From assembly GCF_001194135.2 (NCBI RefSeq), contig NC_069001.1, positions 24,555,081 to 24,619,080 of the forward strand: a stretch of DNA of 64,000 nt. Direction: 5' to 3'. This stretch comes from Octopus bimaculoides. Taxonomy: Eukaryota. This document shows positions 36,720-49,000 of this stretch, one piece after another; within the stretch, counting starts at the first letter, position 1, and every line of letters starts with the position of its first letter. A program made the translations under genes and the position numbers. The notes beneath the pieces were generated by a model. That model did no database searches, was not told the DNA's origin, and saw nothing but the letters and a program-made list of their open reading frames with translations.

Positions 36720-36989
36720 TTTACGACGACGATGGTTCCAGTTGATCCGATCAACGGAACAGCCTGCTCGTGAAGTTAACGTGCAAGTGGCTGAGCACTC
36801 CAAAGACACGTGTACCCTTAACGTAGTTCTCGGGGATATTCAGAGTGACACAGTGTGACAAGGCTGATCCTTTGAATTACAGGTACAACAGAAACAAGAA
36901 GTAAGAGTGAGAGAAAGTTGTGGTGAAAGAGTACAGCAGGGTTCGCCACCATCCCCTGCTGGAGCCTCGTGGAGCTTTAGGTGTTTTCG
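36720..36989 (-). mobile_element. SINE family 3, second copy identical to 35422-35691
   Basis: Shares private variants (gaagttaac, ccaaagacac, gatattcagag) that are absent from the 58.6 kb copy. Confidence 0.85.
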
Positions 36990-37819
36990 NNNNNNNNNNN
37001 NNNNNNNNNNNNNNNNNNNNNNNNNNNNNNNNNNNNNNNNNNNNNNNNNNNNNNNNNNNNNNNNNNNNNNNNNNNNNNNNNNNNNNNNNNNNNNNNNNNN
37101 NNNNNNNNNNNNNNNNNNNNNNNNNNNNNNNNNNNNNNNNNNNNNNNNNNNNNNNNNNNNNNNNNNNNNNNNNNNNNNNNNNNNNNNNNNNNNNNNNNNN
37201 NNNNNNNNNNNNNNNNNNNNNNNNNNNNNNNNNNNNNNNNNNNNNNNNNNNNNNNNNNNNNNNNNNNNNNNNNNNNNNNNNNNNNNNNNNNNNNNNNNNN
37301 NNNNNNNNNNNNNNNNNNNNNNNNNNNNNNNNNNNNNNNNNNNNNNNNNNNNNNNNNNNNNNNNNNNNNNNNNNNNNNNNNNNNNNNNNNNNNNNNNNNN
37401 NNNNNNNNNNNNNNNNNNNNNNNNNNNNNNNNNNNNNNNNNNNNNNNNNNNNNNNNNNNNNNNNNNNNNNNNNNNNNNNNNNNNNNNNNNNNNNNNNNNN
37501 NNNNNNNNNNNNNNNNNNNNNNNNNNNNNNNNNNNNNNNNNNNNNNNNNNNNNNNNNNNNNNNNNNNNNNNNNNNNNNNNNNNNNNNNNNNNNNNNNNNN
37601 NNNNNNNNNNNNNNNNNNNNNNNNNNNNNNNNNNNNNNNNNNNNNNNNNNNNNNNNNNNNNNNNNNNNNNNNNNNNNNNNNNNNNNNNNNNNNNNNNNNN
37701 NNNNNNNNNNNNNNNNNNNNNNNNNNNNNNNNNNNNNNNNNNNNNNNNNNNNNNNNNNNNNNNNNNNNNNNNNNNNNNNNNNNNNNNNNNNNNNNNNNNN
37801 NNNNNNNNNNNNNNNNNNT

Positions 37820-37985
37820 TAAGTAGATTACAGTGACCCCCCAGTGACCAACTGGTATTCATTTTATCGACCTCGAAAAGATGAAAGGCAAAGTTGACTA
37901 CGGCAGCATTTGAACTCAGAACTTAATGACGAATTAAATACTGCTAAGCATTTTGTTCAGCATGCAAACGGTTCCACCAACCTAC
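37820..37985 (-). mobile_element. SINE-like family 4
   Basis: ccccagtg.ccaactggta.tcattttatcgacctcgaaa.gatgaaaggcaaagttgact.cggc.g.atttgaactcagaac is the reverse complement of the family 4 body. Confidence 0.8.
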
Positions 37986-38418
37986 TGCATTAGATACATC
38001 CATCTTATTCTTAACATGCAGCGACATGTTGGTAGGATAGAGTGAATACACAACAGAGACACAACTAGTCTGCCACTAAATTGTAGTAACCATACAAATT
38101 AGGTGCAATGGGTATATTTGTTAAGTAGCAATTCAATGCACTTTGAGCTCGGTTACAGAAGTTCTGTAGATAAGATTCGATGGCCAGCTAATATGGCCCG
38201 TCCGTATGCTATGACACATTGACCATAGGTATCTCAAAATAATAAATACTAGCGGGACCCATGAAGATTTCACAGAATTAACGGTAAACTTGTTGGGTTA
38301 TTTCCGAAAACTTTATTTAAAAAATCCTGGAAGCGTAGTCTGTGTTGTGTCTGTGTCAAAAGATATTCGCTCATCTGACTGAAAAGAAGGAAATTGGAAT
38401 ACGATGATTACTTAATGC

Positions 38419-38456
<38 letters not shown>

Positions 38457-39322
38457 ATATACTTTATACACAATTTTGTAGGNNNNNNNNNNNNNNNNNN
38501 NNNNNNNNNNNNNNNNNNNNNNNNNNNNNNNNNNNNNNNNNNNNNNNNNNNNNNNNNNNNNNNNNNNNNNNNNNNNNNNNNNNNNNNNNNNNNNNNNNNN
38601 NNNNNNNNNNNNNNNNNNNNNNNNNNNNNNNNNNNNNNNNNNNNNNNNNNNNNNNNNNNNNNNNNNNNNNNNNNNNNNNNNNNNNNNNNNNNNNNNNNNN
38701 NNNNNNNNNNNNNNNNNNNNNNNNNNNNNNNNNNNNNNNNNNNNNNNNNNNNNNNNNNNNNNNNNNNNNNNNNNNNNNNNNNNNNNNNNNNNNNNNNNNN
38801 NNNNNNNNNNNNNNNNNNNNNNNNNNNNNNNNNNNNNNNNNNNNNNNNNNNNNNNNNNNNNNNNNNNNNNNNNNNNNNNNNNNNNNNNNNNNNNNNNNNN
38901 NNNNNNNNNNNNNNNNNNNNNNNNNNNNNNNNNNNNNNNNNNNNNNNNNNNNNNNNNNNNNNNNNNNNNNNNNNNNNNNNNNNNNNNNNNNNNNNNNNNN
39001 NNNNNNNNNNNNNNNNNNNNNNNNNNNNNNNNNNNNNNNNNNNNNGTCAAAACTTGATTTACTGCGCTAAAATGTTTTCTTATAAAAGAGGATGGAAAGC
39101 GTTAAAAACTAAGTTGCTTTTAGACCATAATAAAGGATACTTCCAACTGCGCTAGTTTTTGAATTTCGAAAACCATCCTTATTTATTCTTGGGTTCGCAA
39201 ATCAATGATAATCTACTGTGTATAATTTTTTTTCTGTTTTGCACAAATTTGTTTTTTCGTCCAGTTAGGAATTTGTAGTTTAAATGGTCAGTAGATTTTA
39301 TTTTAGAATCTTCCTTCAATTA

Positions 39323-41302
39323 CAGCGGTCAACAAAATTAAATGTATTATACCCATTATGAATGCAAACCAACATTTTTAGACTCATTTTTCATGCTGAT
39401 TTCAAATTTCCACTCTATTTGAATGCAGCACGTATCAGTTTTTTTCAGTAGATACATGCAAATATTTACATATTTGAATATTTGAAATCATTAACGTAAT
39501 AAACAAGGACATATTAATTTTAGAAAGCAAATAAGTTTATTGAGTTAAAACTCATCAGTATCATTCCACAAATAGTGAACACACAAAAAGTGGGTCAGAC
39601 AAAACAGACAAAGTTCGAAAAAACAGAGTTAGAAACATAGTGATTTGGATTTCCGGCGGTGTTCCTAATCTGGTTGATCACGGTAAAAGGTCTAGCAGTA
39701 GTCAGCTGGTATACTGTCGTTCCAGAAACCTTGGTATCGTTTCTTCATAGCACTAATGTCCTGGTGAAAACTTTCACGATGTTCATCAGACACTGCTCTA
39801 ACGTTATCTGTGAAGAAATTCAGATGGGAGTCCAAGAAGTGAACTTTCAGTGACATGCGACAATCCATTGTTGAGTAACATTTCAGAAGATTCTTGATGC
39901 CATCCTTGTAGTCCATTGTCTTCTTGTTGCCCAAGAAATTTCTCATAGATCCAATTGAAAGCATTCCAGGCAGGCAGTTCCAATTCATTCAGCGTTGTCT
40001 TGAAGTTGACATCTTTGAGTACTTCTCTAATTTGGGGACCGATGAAGACATCCCATTTCAACTTCGCCTGTGTGATTTTGGGAAACTTTTGTACAATATA
40101 CTCAAACCCTCTGGCATTTCTCTTCCTTGGTGTCTTTAGAAACTGTTTCACCAGTCCAAGCTTTATGTGCAAAGTAGGAGGCCATAGGGCATTACATAGA
40201 TCTACAAGAGGTATATTCTTGACGGTAGACAGTCCTGGCTGGTATGATGTTCTTGTCTGACAGTCTGATTCCAAATGATGTCTGTCAGTTGGCCAATCGT
40301 ACCATAGAAACGTGAAGCAACAGTATTTTGTGAAACCTGATTGCATTCCCATTAACATTCCAATGACTTTTAAATCTCCATATATTTTCCATGTGTATCT
40401 TTCATAGGCAATGGCATGAAGTAAAAGTTCCTTATTCTCATATGATTCACGAAGATGAACGGAGTGTGCAATAAGAATGGAGGGCTTCAAATTACCAGCA
40501 TGGAGAAGTACAGCTTTTAAACGTCGTTTTGAAGAGTCTATAAGCAAACGCCTTTCTGCAGGATCATGATTTTGTGATAAATATTCGAAAAGTTCATCGA
40601 TGTTACTGGAAAAGCGAAATAGGCCTTCAACAGAAAAACATGTTTGTAGAACAACATTTCTCTGCCGAAAATAAGTTATACGAACACCGTGCTCTAGCAG
40701 ATACTTCTCCTTCAGTCTTGATGTCAACAGTTCTGCTTTGTTTTTTGAGAGGGATAAGTCTCTGACAGGGTCATTCAGTTCAGCTTGGGAAAATTTCTCA
40801 GGTTCAAAGCTATCGTCATCAACCACGTAATCTTCCTCAGCTGCACTATCGTGACAGTCAACATCATCATCTGATGTTTCAATACTATCATCTGGTGGAA
40901 CTGGTATTGGCCGAAATCCATTGTGAGGCGCAAGTCTCATTGCAGAATCCAAATTGAGATTCACAATTTTGTGTTTATTCTTCATAGAAAATCCCGTAAC
41001 ATTTACTGTGCAAAAATAACAGTCATTAAAATGGTCCTTCGGCTCCCTTCATATCATTGGAATGGCAAAAAGCATGGGCTTCTTCTTATTTTTGAACAAG
41101 TCACGTAAGACATTTGAGAAAGCTGAGCAGATAAAATGTGGTGTCCATAACTTATCCAGATCTCCAAGAGGACAGTGAAAGTATAGTTTATAAATCTTCT
41201 TGAGCTCTGGTATCATTGTACGTTTTTTTAGCTTTCACAATAAATTATCTGCAGACATAGCAAAACACATCAGGACGATTTCTACACTGTCTCGACACAA
41301 CC
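39323..41302 (-). mobile_element. Chapaev3-like DNA transposon (CMC superfamily); 5' end lost in gap
   Basis: One terminus TTA|CAGCGGTCAACAAAA at 39323; transposase on the minus strand (see pseudogene entry). Confidence 0.8.
39629..41298 (-). pseudogene. Chapaev3-type DDE transposase, near full length (~550 codons), disabled
   Basis: N-terminal Cys/His-rich Chapa domain CRNRPDVFCYVCR*FI...LGDLDKLWTPHFIC...FAIPMI*REPKDHFNDCYFC; ELNDPVRDLSLSK..AELLTSRLKEK; catalytic RLLIDSSK, YGDLKVI and SDEHRESFHQDIS; LHIKLGL; MSLKVHFLDSHL; ADYC*. At least 4 in-frame stops and a +1 frameshift near 39937. A splice-acceptor-like ttcttttacag|G sits directly before gtg-tcg-aga (possible former ATG). Confidence 0.85.
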
Positions 41303-42129
41303 TGTAAAAGAATTAAGGGTATATATATATATATATANNNNNNNNNNNNNNNNNNNNNNNNNNNNNNNNNNNNNNNNNNNNNNNNNNNNNNNNNNNNNNN
41401 NNNNNNNNNNNNNNNNNNNNNNNNNNNNNNNNNNNNNNNNNNNNNNNNNNNNNNNNNNNNNNNNNNNNNNNNNNNNNNNNNNNNNNNNNNNNNNNNNNNN
41501 NNNNNNNNNNNNNNNNNNNNNNNNNNNNNNNNNNNNNNNNNNNNNNNNNNNNNNNNNNNNNNNNNNNNNNNNNNNNNNNNNNNNNNNNNNNNNNNNNNNN
41601 NNNNNNNNNNNNNNNNNNNNNNNNNNNNNNNNNNNNNNNNNNNNNNNNNNNNNNNNNNNNNNNNNNNNNNNNNNNNNNNNNNNNNNNNNNNNNNNNNNNN
41701 NNNNNNNNNNNNNNNNNNNNNNNNNNNNNNNNNNNNNNNNNNNNNNNNNNNNNNNNNNNNNNNNNNNNNNNNNNNNNNNNNNNNNNNNNNNNNNNNNNNN
41801 NNNNNNNNNNNNNNNNNNNNNNNNNNNNNNNNNNNNNNNNNNNNNNNNNNNNNNGGTATTATCATTCGAAACGGTCGTCTGCAAAAATTAAATTTAAAAA
41901 AAAAACTTTTAACATCTTCTCTTCTCCATTATTCTGTTAGTTGTGTTTTATATAAGATTTTATCTTATACATGCCTATAACAAAATTTTACTTGTTATTT
42001 TCATATTTTAAATATTTGCTATAGCAAGCTATTACTTTGACATGAAGAATCTTTATTAGAAAAATATCTTTTTGGACCCGCCAAAACGTTTAAATTGTTT
42101 TACTTCTCTCACTCACTCACTCTCTCTCT

Positions 42130-42163
<34 letters not shown>

Positions 42164-42193
42164 TATATATGTATATATGAATTATATATTTAC

Positions 42194-42414
42194 GTGTGTG
42201 TGTCTTTGTGTCTGTATTTGTCCCCCAACATCATCGCTTGACAACCGATGTTAGTGTGTTTACGTCCCTGTAAATTAGTGGTTCGGCAAAAAAATCCGAT
42301 AGAATAAGTACTAGGTTTACATAAAATAAGTCCTGGGGTCGATTTCTTCAACTAAAAGGCGATGCTCCAGCATGGTTGCAATCAAATGACTGAAACAATT
42401 AAAAGAATAAAAGA
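42194..42414 (+). mobile_element. SINE-like family 1, 3' half
   Basis: gtgtctttgtgtctgtatttgtcccccaacatcatcgcttgacaaccgatg...aaaagaataaaaga. Confidence 0.9.
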
Positions 42415-42419
42415 ACTCT

Positions 42420-43615
42420 CTCTGCATAATTAACAGAGGTCAGTGTTTTAACAGTAAAAATATCATTGGAGCATAACTTGAGACAGGTTCTCATCCTGTG
42501 CCCATATGACCCGTGGGGTTCCATATAAGATTTTTGATGATCCACGCAAGCAAAACAGCAAGCTGGAGACCCACAGTAGTAAATTTAGCTTTGGATGTAC
42601 TAAATGCAAGAATCGGCAAGGTTTCGTTCTCTAATATTTTACATAGTTTAGCTACATAAGTGAATGTGTGAAAAGCAAAATAGGAATTTTGAAAGCGTTA
42701 TCTATAAAACTAGTTTTTAGACACGGAATGGCTATGGGTGTCCTCGAAACTAAAATACTAATCAAAGTGGATTGATAAGTAAAAATTGGTTTAGAAACCT
42801 CTGCACTAAACGTTTTAACAATAACTTGTTGCTGTTGAATTCCTTGCAGATAGATCAAGTACTTTCTCATACATGATATCATCGAGGTTGGTGACCTGCA
42901 CAAATGGTGCATCATCAGTTGTGTACAAGAACATTTGCTGAAAGAAATATTTCCATCTTAATGGTAACTTTTTAAAACTTCCATAATTATTTTTTGTTTT
43001 ATTTTGTATCTATTTTGAACGATTTACCGAAAAAAAATTCTTCACAGGTCTTCACTCTTTTAACTAAATGCACATAAGCCACGGATAAAGCTTCGCTGCG
43101 ACGTACAGTTGGTTTGTATTGCCGTATGCTAAATTTCGACCTTCTAAGTTTTATGCACAACCGATTTTCAATATCTTCACTCATTTCATCAATCTGGTAA
43201 GTGACAGTGTTATTACTAAAAGGAACCGATTTTAAGGTATCTACAGCTACTTTAAGAACGGCGAAAAATATTTCAGAAACTGAAATATCGTTTCCCACAT
43301 TTATCTATCAGCTGTGATATCTAGCATGAAGCAATAACACGATTGCTGTGTTTTGGATTATGTTTGTTAAACATATCTTGAGTTGGGTGTCTTTCAAATG
43401 TTTTCTTTTTGTAACTAATATATCACATAAACAATTTTTTTCTGGGTACTTTCTCGAAAAGTGCTCTTATAGACGCGATAATTTCATAGCTTCATGTAAT
43501 AAAATATTTTCACAAAAAAAGACACGTAGGTTACCGTTCAGCTAAAGGTAGAGATAAATCCATACTTCAAGTCGTTTACATTATATTGGCTGACTTTGGT
43601 TTTACTTTCTATCTG
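42420..43615 (-). pseudogene. hAT (Buster/ZBED5-SCAND3-like) transposase fragment, 5' half
   Basis: ESKTKVSQYNVNDLKYGFI; EAMKLSRL*EH; VPFSNNTVTYQIDEMSEDIE..L..KL..SKFSI; EALSVAYV; EEFFFGKS.KIDTK; TTDDAP (cf. ATDGAP); IQQQQVIVKTFS (cf. IHRQHLVAKNLS). Many frameshifts and stops. Confidence 0.8.
42482..42803. mobile_element. hAT-type MITE interrupting the transposase fragment
   Basis: Imperfect TIRs gacaggttctcatcc / ggtttagaaacctctg with subterminal ggggtccat-like motifs; no clean TSD. Confidence 0.5.
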
Positions 43616-44144
43616 TGTTTTTTATGGGCAGAACTACATGTACAAGTCACATCATTTTCCCACTTGCTCATAAGAGTAAGAAATATCTAAAATTTAAAGG
43701 CAAAAGATTTTTCGAGTTACCAACACGAAAAAAAAATCCATAATTTCTAATATTTTGTATAGCTGAATTCTGATCGAAACACACCATATATCTGTCAGCA
43801 AGATCATTTTTTTTTATTTNNNNNNNNNNNNNNNNNNNNNNNNNNNNNNNNNNNNNNNNNNNNNNNNNNNNNNNNNNNNNNNNNNNNNNNNNNNNNNNNN
43901 NNNNNNNNNNNNNNNNNNNNNNNNNNNNNNNNNNNNNNNNNNNNNNNNNNNNNNNNNNNNNNNNNNNNNNNNNNNNNNNNNNNNNNNNNNNNNNNNNNNN
44001 NNNNNNNNNNNNNNNNNNNNNNNNNNNNNNNNNNNNNNNNNNNNNNNNNNNNNNNNNNNNNNNNNNNNNNNNNNNNNNNNNNNNNNNNNNNNNNNNNNNN
44101 NNNNNNNNNNNNNNNNNNNNNNNNNNNNNNNNNNNNNNNNNNNN

Positions 44145-44198
<54 letters not shown>

Positions 44199-44459
44199 CA
44201 TGCGCGTGCGTGTATGTGTGTTTGTGTGTGTGTGTAAGTGCTGTGTGAAGGTGTGATATTACATTTTATTTGACATACAACTTATTGAAAGAGATAGAAA
44301 TTATTGAATAAAAAGGAAGCGTAGAAAATTTATTGCTCAAAATGTTAATAAAGACTTGTTGTTTAGCTTACTGGTCGTGGATCAAAAGACGGTGCGTTTT
44401 CATGCAACGTATCTCCTCGGTTTTCCAATGTTATGTAAGTTTTTCCTACAAGCGCATAA

Positions 44460-44545
44460 AGCGAAAGAATTTTCCATAATCCGACGGACGAAATGCCGCT
44501 GAGCATTTTGCCCTTCGTGCAAACTATTCTGCCAGCTCGCTGCTC
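44460..44545 (-). mobile_element. SINE-like family 4 head fragment
   Basis: gacggacgaaatgccgctgagcattttgccc..cgtgc.aac.attctgccagctcgc. Confidence 0.75.
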
Positions 44546-44582
44546 CTACACTAAACTAACATTTGTAATGTATTAGCAACTA

Positions 44583-44888
44583 AGATGCATGGTCCAGTGG
44601 TTAAAGCGTTGGGCGCACAATCATTAGGTAGTGAGTTCGTTTCCAGGATCGGGCTGTGCGTTGTGTTCTTGAGCAAGACAATTTATTTCACGTTGCTCCA
44701 GTTCACTCAGCTATCACTGATGCCAAGCCTTATCAGCCTTTGCCTTTTCCTTGGACAACATTATTGGCGGGGAAAGGGGATGCTGGTATGTATCGATTAT
44801 TGCTGGTCTTCCATAAACAACCTTACCTGAACTTGTGCCCGGGTAACCAGCTAGGGGCAATACGATGGTCATTCATGACCGAAGGGAT
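44583..44888 (+). mobile_element. tRNA-derived CORE-like SINE family 2 (diverged)
   Basis: Collinear with 12691-13035: tggtccagtggtta...gagttcg...gttgtgttcttgagcaagaca.tttatttcacgttgctccagttcactcagct...catgaccgaaggg. Confidence 0.85.
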
Positions 44889-45989
44889 TCTTTTTATTAT
44901 GCAATGACTGATATTTTAATTCCACATTATACAAATGTTTCTAGTTACTTGTTACCTAAAAAAAAAAAGAACGGTGTAGCGAAGAAAGCTCTGTGGCCAC
45001 ATATATTAAACATGCTGAAACCAGCTTATTGTTTAAAGACAATGAGACGATTCTATAATGTGGCAACTTAGTCTGGCTACATGGAGTAAATAAAATCATA
45101 ACATAAACAATTAGATAAAAGAAATAATAATTTTCTAAAGTGTGTGTTAATCCCCATGTACCCAGACTTTGTGGACACCCTGTATAAGGTGGCGACTGGT
45201 TGCTTAACATGTCTCTTCTATTTGACTGTGCTTAATTTGATCAACAACGGAAGGGTGACAGGCAAAAATGACTTAAGTGGGATTTGAACTGTAGAGAAAA
45301 AGAGCCGGAACAAATACTGTACGTCTTTTTGTCCGGTGTTCTAATAATTATGAAATTATTTAATTTAAAATTATCTCAAAAAATCTTAATGTATTGGCAT
45401 GTTGCAATTCATTATATTTTGAAGATTAACCATTTCTTTTCCTAGCGTATACAATGACTAATTAATATATTGAAATGAATCTTTTTTCAACGCATAAAAG
45501 ATAATAGGGAAGCAACAGGCTCAGAAGCTTCATCGCCAATATTCATAAAAGAATAACAAAGGAAATTCTCCATGGGCATTTCACTTGCAGGAAGGAGCAG
45601 CCAGAGTCCCCTCGAACCACACAGGAGTATCTTTAAAATGATAGAACATATTAGATGATGGCTTTTTCGAAGCACAGTCAACCGAATTAAAAGCGGGATA
45701 GTCATGACAGAAAAATTTCGATAATAGGTTTATCGAATCGTTAAATAACAATCACAATTAAAATGAAAAGCTTCTAATTGGCGACAACTCTTAAAATACT
45801 GTTATCATCGCGAGTGATCCTGTCTAGTTTTGGCCGTTATTGGAATGCCGTCACCAACAAATCATATTATTGAGGGAATTTTCCCTGAGAGGAACACATT
45901 TTGAACTGTAGGTTGTATTTAACTTATTTTATTAATTGAGTTACATCTTATCTCACGGATAATATGCCTTACTACTACTACTAATAATA

Positions 45990-46205
45990 ATGGTTTCAAA
46001 TTTTTCCACGAGGCCAGCAATTATGGGGTAGGAGATGAGTCGATTACATCGACCTCAGTGTTCAACTGGTCCTTATTTTATCGGCCCCAAAAGAATGAAA
46101 GGCAAAGTCGACCTTGATGAAATTTGAACTCAGAACGTAGCGACAGGCGAAATACCGCTACGTATTTCGTCCGGCACGCTAACAATTCCACCAGATTGCC
46201 ACCTT
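45990..46205 (-). mobile_element. SINE-like family 4, near full length
   Basis: ggtttcaaattttt.cacgaggccagcaatt...agtcgattacatcgacc.cagtg.tcaactggt.cttattttatcg.cccc.aaagaatgaaaggcaaagtcgacc...atttgaactcagaacg. Confidence 0.85.
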
Positions 46206-46234
46206 ACTAATAGCAATAACAATGACAGTATTGA

Positions 46235-46291
46235 TTGTGTTGGTAGTAGTAGTAGTAGTAGTAGCAGCAGCAGCAGCAATAGTGGTAGTAT

Positions 46292-46331
<40 letters not shown>

Positions 46332-46335
46332 TGTG
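46235..46335. repeat. (TAG)n/(CAG)n compound microsatellite
   Basis: Direct reading. Confidence 0.95.
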
Positions 46336-46374
46336 TTCGTAGAAGAGGTAACTGGTAGTGTTTTAATACTAATA

Positions 46375-46750
46375 AACTCTTTTATCTTTATTACTTGTTT
46401 CAAGTCAATAGACTGCGGCAATGCTGGAGCACTGCCTTGTGGTAATGTAGTCGAAGAAATCGACCCTAGTACTTTTAATGCTTGTACTTATTGTATTGGT
46501 CACTTTTTACCAAATCGCTATGTCACAGGGTCGTAAACACTCCAACCAAGTTATCAAGCGGTACCGGGGAACAAGCACAGACAAAAGCACGCACACACAC
46601 ACACATGCGACGGGCTTCTTTCACTTTCCGTCAACCGAATCCACTCTGGTCGACCTGAGACCATAGCAGAAGACATTTGGACCAAGGTGCCACGTAATGG
46701 GACCGAACCCGAAACCATATGGTTAGGAAACGAACGTCTTACCACACACC
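46375..46750 (-). mobile_element. SINE-like family 1, diverged near-full copy
   Basis: Collinear with 15964-16342. Confidence 0.8.
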
Positions 46751-48022
46751 CATTCAGTATAGTGTTGGGTTACTTCCAGAGATGGTGGTTATGAATCTGT
46801 TAGTTGTGTTTGTATCTGTCTTAAATATAGTGACAGTAGTAGCATTAGTTGTATCAACGGTGGCTGCAGTGTAGGAAGTAGTGCTGAAATATTCATGATG
46901 ACCATAGTTGAGGTGGTGAGTGCGATTGTGTCGTTGAAATATTGTTGATAGTTGATACAAGGATCATAGTAGCATTGGTGGTGGAGCTGATAGTGAGGGG
47001 GCAGCGACCATTATTAGTATTGTTTTCATCGTGTTTGTTTGTTCGTCGACAAGATATCTCAAGAACTGCAGGATGGATTCAGATTAAACTTTCAGTGATG
47101 TTTGGCCTCGTGACTGGCACGAACTGATTTGATTTTGAGTTCGATCCGGTACCGGATAAGGATTCTGCATTATTCGTTATATTTACTTTACATGAAGTAT
47201 TACGATCTTACGTTCAATTTCAAGTCTTTCTCTGATTATTCCCATTGAAAGCACGCTCATGGTTTCTTCGTAAATTATGGCGGCTTTACTGTTTCCAAAG
47301 TTTTATTTTCGTTTCATTATTATTAATTTTACTCGCGACTTTATCTTAGTAGAAACTGATGAATGGGAAACTACATAAACAAACGGCAGTAAATCCGTTC
47401 AGAAATTAATTGAAACTGACATATTCAGTAACATTAATAAATTTAATTTATCATCGACAATTTTTAGTTTTGCCAATTTTGAATGTATCGCTCCTGTTTA
47501 AAACCTCTTACCTACCTGACAATTGCATTTCTAGATCTGCCTTGAAGGAAGCTTTATTTCTTGGACTCACGTTTTTGTACGCAACGATTTTGTTAAACCC
47601 CCATTAACAGTACCCTATGCAGGTCCATTCTGTTTTCTTTCACACATGGATAAATTTTTCACTATATACCTTAATGATCGTAAAGACACTATATCAGTGG
47701 ATAGACTAAAAAAGGCCTTCATAGAGAAAACTGTCCCTGTTCCAACTGCAGACAACATACACACTGCATTATAAATACGTCCAGCACATTCTATGACTAC
47801 CATTGGGATCGATCAAGTATCGGACAAGGACTGTAGATTATTTTTCCGTTTATTTTTTACTTAATTTTTGAAAGCAGTCGGGTTCATTTTTAATATTCTC
47901 ATTTGTGAGAGGAGTCGAATTTATTTCAGATATTCTCATTTTAAACATCATCTTCGGCTAATCTTTGAGAAGTCGTTGGTGTTGCCATGGCGGAATTCTG
48001 CGATCTCTGAGTGTTTTTGTTG

Positions 48023-48081
<59 letters not shown>

Positions 48082-48606
48082 GTTCAGTAGTTTTAATTTT
48101 ATAACGTGCTTTCACTTCACTACCGAGCGCAGCTCTGTGCGCCTTGGGTATGTGCTGTGGTTTGCTGTGGTGCACTTATGTTTACTGTATTGAAAGTGTT
48201 TTGCGTAGAATGTGTGNNNNNNNNNNNNNNNNNNNNNNNNNNNNNNNNNNNNNNNNNNNNNNNNNNNNNNNNNNNNNNNNNNNNNNNNNNNNNNNNNNNN
48301 NNNNNNNNNNNNNNNNNNNNNNNNNNNNNNNNNNNNNNNNNNNNNNNNNNNNNNNNNNNNNNNNNNNNNNNNNNNNNNNNNNNNNNNNNNNNNNNNNNNN
48401 NNNNNNNNNNNNNNNNNNNNNNNNNNNNNNNNNNNNNNNNNNNNNNNNNNNNNNNNNNNNNNNNNNNNNNNNNNNNNNNNNNNNNNNNNNNNNNNNNNNN
48501 NNNNNNNNNNNNNNNNNNNNNNNNNNNNNNNNNNNNNNNNCTGGTATTGATACATCAATTAGAAAGCATTTTTTTCCTTCATGATCTTTGACAACTATAT
48601 CTGGTC

Positions 48607-48610
<4 letters not shown>
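48082..48610 (-). mobile_element. 5'-truncated R4/Dong-like RLE non-LTR retrotransposon inserted in (TAA)n
   Basis: Minus strand NRPDIVVKDHEGKKCFLIDVSIP (PD..D restriction-like endonuclease) ... HILRKTLSIQ*, short 3' UTR, (TAA)n on both sides (48027-48081 and 48608-48664). Confidence 0.85.
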
Positions 48611-48664
<54 letters not shown>

Positions 48665-48846
48665 GAGTGAGAGAGAGAGCGAGCAGTGCATGCCATCAAA
48701 GTGACACTGAGGTACAAATATACCCAATACACCCATCATTACTACCCGTCTTATAAAGGTACACGAGGCATATGCATCACAGCCATATGTGAGCGAGATG
48801 GTGATCTCATGTCAAGATAAACAGTGCATGGGCCCAGTTAGAATTT
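48665..48846 (-). mobile_element. 3' end of a second (TAA)n-tailed element (family C)
   Basis: Reverse complement matches 61160-61355 (aaattctaactgggccc...gagatcac...catatgg.tgtgatgcat...gtgtcactttgatggca.gc..t.ctc.ctc...taataat). Confidence 0.75.
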
Positions 48847-49000
48847 AGCAGCATTTAAGCCGTCCTCACGTTCTGAGTTCAAATTCCGCCGAGGTTGACA
48901 TTGTCTTGTATCTTTTCGGGGCCAACGAAATAAGTACCAGTTGAGTACTGGGGTCGCTGTAATCAACTTGCCTAATATTTCAGGCCTTGTGTCTGAAATA
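48847..49000 (+). mobile_element. SINE-like family 4 fragment
   Basis: cacgttctgagttcaaattccgccgaggttgac...aaataagtaccagttgagtactggggtcgctgtaatcaactt. Confidence 0.8.

Noticed and set aside
41864-41885. CGAAACGGTC motif just after a gap (same half-core as at 1.2-1.3 kb)
   Set aside because: The CUGANGA half would lie in the gap and cannot be evaluated.
45075-45184. Tc1-like MITE (CACCCTG|TA end at ~45184; a similar TA|CAGGGTG at 22905)
   Set aside because: Only a single terminus was seen in each case; no partner TIR.
47265-47290. aattATGGCGGC as a YY1 or translation-start motif
   Set aside because: A short motif match with no downstream ORF or splice donor.
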